Source of the DNA: an uncultured Ohtaekwangia sp.
GTDB lineage: Bacteria > Bacteroidota > Bacteroidia > Cytophagales > Cyclobacteriaceae
Length of the DNA: 64,000 nt
Assembly (NCBI GenBank): GCA_964549855.1
Contig: CAZJWV010000002.1
Location: 55,762 to 119,761 of the forward strand
Direction: 5' to 3'
Shown here: positions 10,058 to 18,963 of the stretch, one piece after another
How positions within the stretch are numbered: the stretch's first letter is position 1
How the letters are laid out: every line of letters begins with the position of its first letter
Translations under genes and position numbers: made by a program
Notes under the pieces: model-generated
What the model was told of the DNA's origin: nothing
The model's input: the letters and a program-made list of their open reading frames with translations, nothing else
The model's database searches: none

Positions 10058-10469
10058 GGTTGCGTTCCTGAAAAAGGGGATCGCGTTTAAGTTTACACAG
10101 GCCAGGAGGACATCAAAATGGCTGCAGCGAGTTGCTGCTGCAGAAGGCCGCAAGATCGAGTCGCTATCCTACGTGTTTGCCTCGGATCCATTTGTGGCCA
10201 GCCTTAATCGCAAATTTCTTCGCCACAACACGTACACCGACATCCTCACATTCGACTATTCTGAAAATGGCCCCTTGACAGCGGAGATCTACATCAGCAT
10301 TGCCAGGGTGCGTGAAAATGCAAAAGAGTTTGGTGAGCCATTTTCCCGGGAATTGAGGCGCGTAATTGTCCACGGACTTCTTCACCTCCTCGGATACGAT
10401 GACACCACGCCGCGGGAGGCAGTACGCATGCGACGGAAAGAAGAAGCCTGCCTATCTTTGTGGTCCTAG
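10050..10469 (+). CDS. ybeY: rRNA maturation endoribonuclease YbeY
   Basis: Zinc motif HGLLHLLGYDD. 139 aa. Overlaps the upstream gene by 8 nt. Confidence 0.9.
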   Translation: MPEVAFLKKGIAFKFTQARRTSKWLQRVAAAEGRKIESLSYVFASDPFVASLNRKFLRHNTYTDILTFDYSENGPLTAEIYISIARVRENAKEFGEPFSRELRRVIVHGLLHLLGYDDTTPREAVRMRRKEEACLSLWS

Positions 10470-10519
10470 TTCCACGTGAAACACCCCTGAGTAGCTGTTT
10501 CCGGGGGTTCCACGTGGAA
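10470..10519 (+). terminator. Stem-loop between ybeY and mnmG (two CACGTG-containing arms)
   Basis: ttccacgtg (10470-10478) pairs perfectly with cacgtggaa (10511-10519). There is an inner cccc/gggg stem. A short T-run follows. It could be a terminator or a regulatory hairpin. Confidence 0.35.
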
Positions 10520-10533
10520 CTTTGGGCTTCAAG

Positions 10534-12399
10534 ATGTTCCCAGAATACGATGTCATAGTTGTTGGTGCTGGCCATGCGGGCTGCGAAGCGGCTGCAGCAG
10601 CTGCCAATATGGGCTCCAGGGTCCTCCTGGTGACCATGAATATGACCACCATTGGTCAGATGTCTTGCAATCCAGCCATGGGCGGGGTGGCAAAGGGGCA
10701 AATTGTGCGCGAAATTGATGCTCTTGGTGGGTACTCCGGAATCGTGTCGGACAGAACCATGATTCAGTTTCGTATGCTGAATCGGTCAAAAGGGCCCGCC
10801 ATGTGGAGTCCCCGCACGCAAAACGACAGGGCACTCTTCTCACAAGAATGGCGCTCCATGCTCGAAAAGACTCCAAACCTCGATTTCTGGCAGGAAATGG
10901 TGACCGGAGTAATCGTAGAAGGAGGGAAGGCCACTGGTGTTAAAACCGCACTAGGGCTCGAAATCAAAGGCAGGGCAGTTATTCTAACCAATGGCACCTT
11001 TCTGAATGGCAAGATCCATATCGGAGAAAAGAATTTTGGTGGCGGAAGAACTGCAGAAAAGGCAGCAACGGGCCTTACTGAAAACCTGGAGAGCCTCGGA
11101 TTTGAATCCGGACGGATGAAAACCGGAACGCCTCCCAGGGTGGATGGCCGCTCGCTGGACTATTCCAAGATGGAAGAACAGCCCGGGGACGAGATGCCTG
11201 GCAAGTTTTCCTTCCTGGACAGTACCTCACCGCCAAACAAGCAGCTGTCCTGTTGGATTACCTACACGAATGAAGTTGTCCACAGGGAGCTTGAAAAGGG
11301 ATTTGACAAGTCTCCAATGTTCCAAGGCCGTATTGAGGGATTGGGGCCGCGATACTGTCCTTCCATCGAAGACAAGATCAATCGATTCGCAGAGCGCGAT
11401 CGGCACCAGATTTTTGTAGAACCTGAAGGTTGGAACACGGTAGAAATCTATGTCAATGGCTTTTCTACCTCACTTCCTGAGGACGTGCAGCACAAAGCCC
11501 TCACAAAAATTGCGGGGTTTGAAAACGCCCGAATGTTCCGCCCTGGGTACGCAATTGAGTACGACTTCTTTCCGCCTACCCAACTGAAGCTTACGCTTGA
11601 AACGCAACTAGTTGATAGTCTGTACTTTGCGGGACAAATAAACGGAACCACCGGCTACGAAGAAGCGGCTGGCCAAGGGCTCGTAGCCGGAATAAATGCG
11701 CACAATAAAGTGGCCAGCAAGGAACCTCTAATCCTCAAACGTTCGGAGGCCTACATCGGAGTGCTTATCGATGATCTCGTCAACAAGGGCACGCAAGAAC
11801 CTTACCGCATGTTCACTTCACGCGCGGAGTACCGCATCCTCCTTCGCCAGGACAATGCAGACATGCGGCTTACTGAAAAGGGATTTGAACTCGGACTTGC
11901 TTCTCAAGACCGATACAACGCGCTGCTGGAAAAGAAGAAAGCACTCGAAGGCGTCGTCACCGATCTGAATGAAACAAAAGTTCAGCCCGATGACATCAAC
12001 ACTGGATTGCTGGCGTTGGAATCTTCACCTATTCGGGAAAAGACAAGCATGGCAAGTCTGCTTCGGCGACCTGAAATCTCTATCTCTGAATTGCGCACCC
12101 TCCATTCGACAGCATCAGAACTGCTGAACCGCTATCGGCCGCAAGTAGCCGAACAGGCCGAAATCTTGCTGAAGTATGAGCCATACATCGATCGCGAGCA
12201 AAAAATGGCAGAGAAGATCGAAAGCCTGGACGAGTACCGGATCCAGGACAACTTTGATTACGACCGCGTCAAGGCACTCAGTTCTGAGGCGCGGGAGAAA
12301 CTGAAGCGCATCCGCCCATCGACAATTGGACAGATGTCGCGCATCAGTGGAGTCTCTCCTTCCGATGTTTCCATCATGACCATCTACCTCGGCAAGTGA
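10534..12399 (+). CDS. mnmG: tRNA uridine-5-carboxymethylaminomethyl modification enzyme MnmG (GidA)
   Basis: FAD-binding N-terminus YDVIVVGAGHAGCEAA. About 620 aa. Typical C-terminal ...SRISGVSPSDV. ATG at 10534 preferred over TTG at 10522. Confidence 0.95.
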   Translation: MFPEYDVIVVGAGHAGCEAAAAAANMGSRVLLVTMNMTTIGQMSCNPAMGGVAKGQIVREIDALGGYSGIVSDRTMIQFRMLNRSKGPAMWSPRTQNDRALFSQEWRSMLEKTPNLDFWQEMVTGVIVEGGKATGVKTALGLEIKGRAVILTNGTFLNGKIHIGEKNFGGGRTAEKAATGLTENLESLGFESGRMKTGTPPRVDGRSLDYSKMEEQPGDEMPGKFSFLDSTSPPNKQLSCWITYTNEVVHRELEKGFDKSPMFQGRIEGLGPRYCPSIEDKINRFAERDRHQIFVEPEGWNTVEIYVNGFSTSLPEDVQHKALTKIAGFENARMFRPGYAIEYDFFPPTQLKLTLETQLVDSLYFAGQINGTTGYEEAAGQGLVAGINAHNKVASKEPLILKRSEAYIGVLIDDLVNKGTQEPYRMFTSRAEYRILLRQDNADMRLTEKGFELGLASQDRYNALLEKKKALEGVVTDLNETKVQPDDINTGLLALESSPIREKTSMASLLRRPEISISELRTLHSTASELLNRYRPQVAEQAEILLKYEPYIDREQKMAEKIESLDEYRIQDNFDYDRVKALSSEAREKLKRIRPSTIGQMSRISGVSPSDVSIMTIYLGK

Positions 12400-13280
12400 T
12401 GGCCCAGGAAGAGGTAGCTCATTGCCCTGTCTGCAACGGGACAGACTTTTCTCCTCAAGTGACATGCAAGGACTCCACATCAAGTGGCGAAACGTTTCAT
12501 GTGAAACACTGCAACACCTGTGGACTTGGAATCACTTCTCCCCGACCAGTTGAATCAGACTCATCTCGCTACTATGCCTCCGATGCGTACATCTCGCATG
12601 CGGCGTCATCAAAGGGTATAATTGATCGTATCTACTTGATTATCAGGTCTTTCACGGTGCGCTGGAAGTATTCCCTCGTTAAACCATTCCAAAATGGCGC
12701 AGGAGTGCTTGACTACGGATGCGGAACCGGCGCATTCCTCAAGGAAGTCCATCGACACAATCTGAAAGCGGTAGGAGTGGAGCCTTCGGAAATTGCGAGG
12801 GCTCAAGCAGCACCAGGTGTGACCACCTATTCGAAGCTATCGGAACTTCCCCCGGACCGCTTCGATGTGATAACCCTGTGGCATGTACTCGAACATGTCT
12901 ACGACCTTCGCGCAACACTCCGCACGCTCACCGCCCACCTGACTGACCGCGGAGCAATGCTTATTGCAGTGCCTAATCACCTTTCGCCAGATGCGCTCAG
13001 GTATCGGGATCAATGGGCCGCCTATGATGTTCCGCGCCACCTTTGGCATTTCACTCCTTCCAGCATGGCAATGTTTTTGCAACAGGAGGGATTGCGAATA
13101 CAAAAGATCGTGCCCATGAAGCTTGACGCCTACTATGTAAGTCTCCTCAGTGAGAGTAACAGGCGAGGCAAACAGAATCTCGCCGGCCTGGTGGCCGCCT
13201 TGATCAACGGGTTGGGATCAAATCTGCGCGCACGCAAGGAAACCAATTACTCAAGCCTGATTTTCATCGTTCAGAAATGA
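12399..13280 (+). CDS. Class I SAM-dependent methyltransferase with N-terminal Zn-ribbon
   Basis: CPVCNG...HCNTCG ribbon and SAM motif I VLDYGCGTGAFL. The start overlaps the mnmG stop (TGATG). Confidence 0.8.
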   Translation: MAQEEVAHCPVCNGTDFSPQVTCKDSTSSGETFHVKHCNTCGLGITSPRPVESDSSRYYASDAYISHAASSKGIIDRIYLIIRSFTVRWKYSLVKPFQNGAGVLDYGCGTGAFLKEVHRHNLKAVGVEPSEIARAQAAPGVTTYSKLSELPPDRFDVITLWHVLEHVYDLRATLRTLTAHLTDRGAMLIAVPNHLSPDALRYRDQWAAYDVPRHLWHFTPSSMAMFLQQEGLRIQKIVPMKLDAYYVSLLSESNRRGKQNLAGLVAALINGLGSNLRARKETNYSSLIFIVQK

Positions 13281-14905
13281 AGCTCTTGTCCCCTTTCAGG
13301 CTGGCGCCTGCAGTTCTCCTGCTTGCCTTGTTCGGTTGTGCGAACATTCAATCTCCCACCGGCGGGCCCAAAGACAAGACTCCTCCCAAACTGGTTTCCT
13401 CCATTCCGCCACCCAACCAGGTCAACTTCCACGGCCTGCAGGTCTACCTTGAATTCGATGAATCAGTAAAGTTGAACAACGCGAAGGAGGAGATCATTAT
13501 CAGCCCTTCGTTGGGATCTGATGTTGAGTTCACCGTCAAGAACAACCGGGTATTCATCACGCCTAAGGAAAAATGGCGCGACAGCACGACCTACAGCATT
13601 CTCTTCCGGGAAGGCATCCAGGACATCACCGAAAGCAACAGTCCTCCAAATCTGAAACTGGCCTTCAGTACAGCGCCCTTCATAGACTCATTGGTCCTGA
13701 GTGGCCATGTCAGTGACCTGCTTACGGGGCTCCCTATGGATAAAATCACCATCGCCCTCTACAGCGCGGATACCTTCGATATCTTCAAACATACTCCCTC
13801 CTATTTCACAAAGAGCGACAAGCGTGGATCGTTTTCGCTGGAGAACCTTCGGGCCGACACCTATCACATCTATGCATTCGACGACAAGAACAAAAACCTG
13901 AAAGTGGAGAGCCGCTCAGAGATGTTCGCCTTTCTCTCAAACGTTATCCCTCTCACAAAAAATGTAGACACTGTCGCCCTTGGTCTCGTCCAGCTTGACT
14001 CCCGGCCGCTGAAAGTATCGGCCATTCGGAATGTTGGAAACATTACGCGCTTGCGTTTCTCCAAGCAAACGATCGACTACAAGCTGGAATCCTCACAGGA
14101 ACTTGTGCACTCCTATGGCACCAACTCGGGGGAGGTGCTCGTGTGGAACCCAAAGCAGCCCGACAGCCTTAAGGTCCGCATCATTGCAAAAGATAGTCTT
14201 CAGAACACCGCCGACTCAACCTTCTTCATCAAGTTCACCGACGTGAAGCCTGTTGTCGAAAAGTTTACGTGGTCGCCTGGATCTCCATCCATCAATCCAG
14301 AGAATGCACGCCTGGTTACTACCATCAAATTTTCCAAACCATGGAAAACGCTGCGTCTTGACAGTCTTTACATCCAGGTGGACACATCGTCGCGCATTCC
14401 ACTAACCAGGGAAAACTTTGTATTAATTCCTCAGCACAAGGAAATCACAGTTTCCAAAGATTTGCCAAAGAAGATGTTTGCTGAAGATCAAGACCCAATC
14501 CTCATCCTTAAGACTCCTGCGGGATTTGCTATTTCCATGGACGACGACACCACAAAGGCAGTCGCCGTTGCCATCGACATCTACTGGCCTGAAGAAAACG
14601 GGACAGTGCTCGTCCAGGCCACCACGCTGAAAAAGAAGTACGTCATTCAACTTCTTGATAAATCGTCGCGAAAAATTGTTGCAGAAGCCGTCAACACACC
14701 TCGTCTCACGGCTCGCAATATTCCACCATCCGAATACCAGTTACGGGCCATCATCGACAGCAATGGAAACGGCAAATGGGATCCGGGAAACATTCTCCGC
14801 GGCATCGAGCCGGAGCGAATCGTGTATTATACCGCATCCAACGGGAAGCCCTCCTTCCCAATCCGCGCAAATTGGGAAATCGGCCCGCTGGCATTTAGCT
14901 TCTGA
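13277..14905 (+). CDS. Ig-like domain-containing lipoprotein
   Basis: Lipobox LFGC followed by ANIQSPTGGPKDKTPPKLV, a pattern I associate with SbsA/Big_5-type Ig-like Bacteroidota lipoproteins. ATGA overlap with the upstream gene. Confidence 0.65.
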   Translation: MKLLSPFRLAPAVLLLALFGCANIQSPTGGPKDKTPPKLVSSIPPPNQVNFHGLQVYLEFDESVKLNNAKEEIIISPSLGSDVEFTVKNNRVFITPKEKWRDSTTYSILFREGIQDITESNSPPNLKLAFSTAPFIDSLVLSGHVSDLLTGLPMDKITIALYSADTFDIFKHTPSYFTKSDKRGSFSLENLRADTYHIYAFDDKNKNLKVESRSEMFAFLSNVIPLTKNVDTVALGLVQLDSRPLKVSAIRNVGNITRLRFSKQTIDYKLESSQELVHSYGTNSGEVLVWNPKQPDSLKVRIIAKDSLQNTADSTFFIKFTDVKPVVEKFTWSPGSPSINPENARLVTTIKFSKPWKTLRLDSLYIQVDTSSRIPLTRENFVLIPQHKEITVSKDLPKKMFAEDQDPILILKTPAGFAISMDDDTTKAVAVAIDIYWPEENGTVLVQATTLKKKYVIQLLDKSSRKIVAEAVNTPRLTARNIPPSEYQLRAIIDSNGNGKWDPGNILRGIEPERIVYYTASNGKPSFPIRANWEIGPLAFSF

Positions 14906-15148
14906 TAGTTTGTGGACAGCTTTTCAAATACCCACGTTAGTGATCTCTGGCATTCCTTTCACCCAATTTCATGGCCCTTGGCCACATGCTATGCACAACT
15001 TGTGCCCTGTGGATACGTTCTTCCACATAACAAGCCACTTTGTGGATCAAGCACCATTTACCTCCACTCAACCGCGCATTTCGGCTTATCGTAACCTGCG
15101 GGAGGCACAAAGGTTCCACAATCAGTAACTTGCAGGCGTTATCCACCT
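14906..15148. promoter_or_regulatory. Non-coding gap with a cluster of DnaA-box-like 9-mers
   Basis: Matches to TTATCCACA / TGTGGATAA:
- 14911 TGTGGACAG (7/9)
- 14978 TTGGCCACA (7/9)
- 15008 TGTGGATAC (8/9)
- 15019 TCTTCCACA (7/9)
- 15041 TGTGGATCA (8/9)
- 15112 GGTTCCACA (6/9)
- 15139 TTATCCACC (8/9)
The function (oriC-like, DnaA-regulated promoter, or another operator) is not established. Confidence 0.35.
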
Positions 15149-17179
15149 ATGCACACCTCTTACGATTACTATTATTCCTTTATAAAAGACAATAGAATAA
15201 TACTATCGTGTGTGTTGTGGGTAATCACCTCGTTGCCCGCGTTCGCCCAGGACCAGGACCTGCGCATTGCCAATGAGTACTTTTTAAAAGGCGAAAAAGA
15301 AAAGGCGCTGGCGATGTATCAGACGCTCAGCAAGAGCCCGGAGAACATTCCCACCTTGCACAGCAATTATCTCAGCCTTCTGTTGGAGCTTGGGAAATAC
15401 AAGGAGGCGGAAGATTATGTCGAGCGAGTGATTCGCAAAGTGGAAGACCGGCCGGCCTACCGGGTTGACCTTGGCATTGTCTACCTCCGCAGTGGTGACT
15501 TATCGAAAGCCGACAAGTATTTCAAAGGACTCATCAAGAGTACACTTCCCGATGTGTACCGGACAAAGTCTGTTGCTGATTACCTGGCAGCACAGAACCT
15601 TCCCGATTATGCGGTTTACGCTTTGCAAGAAGTTCGCAAATCGATGGGGAATCCGACCGTTTTCACTCTTGAAATGGCCAACCTCTACCGTCAACAGGGG
15701 AAGCGGGATGAAATGGTCGAGGAGTATTTGCACTACATCACCCAGTCGCCGGGTAACCTGAATTATGTCAAGAACCTGCTGCAGCTCTTTCTCAACAAGC
15801 CGGATGAGCTGGAAAGCCTGGAACGCATGCTCACGGACAAGGTGCAGCAATCGCCGGATTCTGAAGTCTATGCTGACCTGCTCATTTGGGTAAACCTCCA
15901 ACAGAAGAATTTCTACGGTGCTTACATCCAGGCACGCGCATACGACAAGCGCTTCAAGAAGGAGTCATCGAAAACCCTGGAGATCGCACAAATCGCACTG
16001 AACAACAAAGACTACGAGAATGCCGATCGCGCATACTCCCATGTAATTAAGGAATTTGTCAATACCGACAACTACCTCCCGGCACGCCTGGGACTTATTC
16101 GCGCACGCGAGGCCAAGGTGAAAAGAAAATTCCCGGTTAACCTGGATTCGGTGCGGTACCTCACGCGCGAATACCAGTCATTCATCGCCAAGTATCCCGA
16201 CAATGCAAACAGCTACGAGGCCACGCTGAACGAAGCGCTCCTCCACGCCTACTACCTGGATGAAAAGGACAGTGCGATCGCGAAGCTGGAGGCCCTTGCC
16301 CTAAGCCCGAGAGTTCCCGCTCACCTCAAGGCGAAATCCAAACTCGAGCTGGGAGACATTCACATTCTGAAGCAGGAGCCATGGGAAGCAACGCTGTTGT
16401 ATTCGCAAGTCGAAAAGAACCAGCGCGATGCACCCCTCGGTTACGAAGCGAAACTCCGAAACGCAAAGCTCTCTTACTACAAAGGAGATTTCCTCCTGGC
16501 CCAGGAACACCTCGACATTCTCAAGCAAGCCACGACCCGTGAGATTGCCAACGATGCGATGGATCTGAGTATCCGGATCAAGGAAAACACAGCATATGAT
16601 ACTGCGGGAACGGCACTAAAAGAGTACGCGGCGATCGAACTGCTGTTGGTTCAGAACAAGACTGATGAGGCAATACAAAGGCTTCACGTATTCCAACAAG
16701 GCAAACCTGTGAAGATGAGCAAGTGGGACGCCTTTTTGCAAAACTTATGGCCATCGAAAAACTCCAGTGAAATGACACCGGAGGAAAAGAAAGAACTTGA
16801 GAGCTGGGTAGCCACAATGCGGAAAAAGACGGATAAGAGCGGCGACTCGATCGTAGTATCGTACAATCAATCACTGCTCACCAGGAGCATCCTCGACGAT
16901 GTGTACTGGTTGGAGGCAAACCTCCGAATGAAGCGAGGTGAATTTGAAGCTACCCTCAACTTACTTTCAAAAATAGTCGCTGAATTCGGAGACGACATCC
17001 TTGCAGATGATGCTTACTTCACTCAGGGTGACATCTACGAAAACCAGCTCCACAACAAAGAGAAAGCGATGGAGATCTACCGCGACTTTCTCGACAAATT
17101 TCCGGGCAGTGTTTATTCTGCTGAAGCCCGAAAGCGATTCCGCACCTTACGCGGTGACTTCCAGGAGAAGGTAAACTGA
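15149..17179 (+). CDS. Tetratricopeptide-repeat protein, secreted
   Basis: Signal-like segment LSCVLWVITSLPAFAQ, then repeated A/Y/L TPR-type helices across 676 aa. Confidence 0.75.
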   Translation: MHTSYDYYYSFIKDNRIILSCVLWVITSLPAFAQDQDLRIANEYFLKGEKEKALAMYQTLSKSPENIPTLHSNYLSLLLELGKYKEAEDYVERVIRKVEDRPAYRVDLGIVYLRSGDLSKADKYFKGLIKSTLPDVYRTKSVADYLAAQNLPDYAVYALQEVRKSMGNPTVFTLEMANLYRQQGKRDEMVEEYLHYITQSPGNLNYVKNLLQLFLNKPDELESLERMLTDKVQQSPDSEVYADLLIWVNLQQKNFYGAYIQARAYDKRFKKESSKTLEIAQIALNNKDYENADRAYSHVIKEFVNTDNYLPARLGLIRAREAKVKRKFPVNLDSVRYLTREYQSFIAKYPDNANSYEATLNEALLHAYYLDEKDSAIAKLEALALSPRVPAHLKAKSKLELGDIHILKQEPWEATLLYSQVEKNQRDAPLGYEAKLRNAKLSYYKGDFLLAQEHLDILKQATTREIANDAMDLSIRIKENTAYDTAGTALKEYAAIELLLVQNKTDEAIQRLHVFQQGKPVKMSKWDAFLQNLWPSKNSSEMTPEEKKELESWVATMRKKTDKSGDSIVVSYNQSLLTRSILDDVYWLEANLRMKRGEFEATLNLLSKIVAEFGDDILADDAYFTQGDIYENQLHNKEKAMEIYRDFLDKFPGSVYSAEARKRFRTLRGDFQEKVN

Positions 17180-17262
17180 CCCATCAACTCGGCTTCCGCC
17201 TACACAAAAGCATTCGGCAGGCAAGCAGGATTTTTCTACTTTCCCTGCCTAAACCTAACCCC

Positions 17263-18588
17263 ATGCGCCTCATCACCCTCCTTTGCCTTCTGGCAATATC
17301 TCTTCCCGGGGTTGGCCAAATCAAAGCCCTTGTCGGCGGCACCCTCATCGATGGATTCGGCGGTAAGCCGCTTCAAAACAGCGTGATCATCATTGAGAAT
17401 GAGCGCATCAAGACCGTTGGGCAGGTGGGGAGGACCGAGATCCCGAAAGGCGCAGAGATCATCTCTACGGAAGGCATGAGTGTATTGCCGGGCCTGTGGG
17501 ACATGCACGTGCATCTCTACATCAACGGACACTCTGACTACACCCATTGGGACAAGAAGTACCTGAAAGTATCAGAGAGCGTCATCATGCCGGCGTCGGC
17601 GCACCAGCTGCTCATGGCCGGCGTTACCAGCGCACGTGACCTCGGCGGTCCGCTAGAAGCGAGTATCAACGTCCGTGATCGCATCAACAAGGGTGAGATT
17701 CCCGGCCCGACGATGTACATGTCAGGACCATTCATCCAACACGCACCATATCCGGGAACGGAGGCGTTCCGCTGGGGAGTGAAGGGAGTTCCCGATGCGC
17801 GGGCCAAGGTTCAGCAACTGGCAAAGGCTGGTGTTAACTGCATCAAACTCATCGACCAGGACCAGATGACGATGGAAGAAGTAATGGCTGTTGTAGACGA
17901 GGCACACAAGAACAAACTGAAAGTGGTCGGCCACTCACATCGCCCGGAAGAGATCCGCCGCGGGATGAAAGCGGGCGTTGACTGCTTCGAGCACACGGGA
18001 TTGGCAGCCGCGCCTGAGTACCCGGAGGACATCATTGCGATGATCAAAGAACGGACTGCGCAAATGAGTTTGGGTCCTCTCTTCTGGACACCCACTGTGG
18101 AAGGTCTCTACAATTTTGAATACACCCGCGACAACCCGGAGGCGCTTGACAATACCTCCTGGCACCTTGGATTGCCGGACTCTATCATCGCCGACATCAA
18201 GCAATCGATACAGAAACCGGGGCAACTGAGCTACTTTCAGCTGAATCCTATCAGGAAACCGACGCTAGAAAGAAAGATCAAGCAACTGAAAGAGGCTGGC
18301 GTTGTGCTCCTCGTCGGCACAGACAGCGGTATCCCGATGAAATTCCATGTCCAAAGTACCTGGAACGAGTTGGACGTATGGGTCAACCGTTTTGGCTTTG
18401 ACCCGATGTACACCATTCGCGCGGCCACTTACTGGCCTTCAGTAGCGATGGGAGTCGACAAGGACTTTGGAACCGTGACCGAGGGCAAGTATGCCGACAT
18501 CATTGCCGTGAAGGGCGACGTGCTGCGGCACATTGACCTTTTGCAACGTGTTGATATTGTGGTGAAGAAAGGGAAGCGCTACAAGTAG
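17263..18588 (+). CDS. Amidohydrolase family protein (metal-dependent hydrolase), secreted
   Basis: Signal peptide. Metal ligands WDMHVHL, VVGHSH and LLVGTDSG. C-terminal ADIIAVKGD typical of the amidohydrolase fold. Confidence 0.85.
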   Translation: MRLITLLCLLAISLPGVGQIKALVGGTLIDGFGGKPLQNSVIIIENERIKTVGQVGRTEIPKGAEIISTEGMSVLPGLWDMHVHLYINGHSDYTHWDKKYLKVSESVIMPASAHQLLMAGVTSARDLGGPLEASINVRDRINKGEIPGPTMYMSGPFIQHAPYPGTEAFRWGVKGVPDARAKVQQLAKAGVNCIKLIDQDQMTMEEVMAVVDEAHKNKLKVVGHSHRPEEIRRGMKAGVDCFEHTGLAAAPEYPEDIIAMIKERTAQMSLGPLFWTPTVEGLYNFEYTRDNPEALDNTSWHLGLPDSIIADIKQSIQKPGQLSYFQLNPIRKPTLERKIKQLKEAGVVLLVGTDSGIPMKFHVQSTWNELDVWVNRFGFDPMYTIRAATYWPSVAMGVDKDFGTVTEGKYADIIAVKGDVLRHIDLLQRVDIVVKKGKRYK

Positions 18589-18915
18589 TCAAGCCTTCAG
18601 GTACGCTTCGCGCTTGTAGAGAAAAAGCGGAAGCGGCCCGGCCAGTCCAAAAAGCAAAGTAAGGACGACGTACATCCAGTAGCTCTTCATTCCCAGCCGC
18701 CTGCATTCGAAATACATCCAGATTAGCGCAGCCAGCACGACGCACAGCAAGTCCAGCACAAAAGCGGCGGCAATCCGGTTTCCGAACATTCCATTCATTG
18801 TTGCAGCCGGATCGAGCCACAACAGAATGTTTCCCGTTTCAAAAGACTCGATGCCAACAAGGATGTTGGGAGTAATGAAACCAACAACAGCAAGAAAGGC
18901 GTAGATGTTCTTCAT
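18589..18915 (-). CDS. Small multi-pass membrane protein (DUF2834-like)
   Basis: 108 aa with 3-4 hydrophobic helices. The family name is from memory only. Confidence 0.55.
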   Translation of the reverse strand: MKNIYAFLAVVGFITPNILVGIESFETGNILLWLDPAATMNGMFGNRIAAAFVLDLLCVVLAALIWMYFECRRLGMKSYWMYVVLTLLFGLAGPLPLFLYKREAYLKA

Positions 18916-18963
18916 GGCGTTGAAATGTTATAGTTGAAGATAACACTTGAGCGGCACTGTCAT

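Noticed and set aside
14655-15128. 157-aa ORF (plus small ORFs at 14912-15094 and 14937-15146) spanning the gap after the Ig-like lipoprotein gene.
   Set aside because: The first half overlaps the well-supported 13277-14905 CDS out of frame. The remainder has no protein-like features. I treat the region as non-coding (DnaA-box cluster).
14906-15148. Calling this gap the chromosomal replication origin outright.
   Set aside because: There is no gene-strand switch, no dnaA or dnaN nearby, and no skew calculation is possible here. It is kept only as a hypothesis in the findings.
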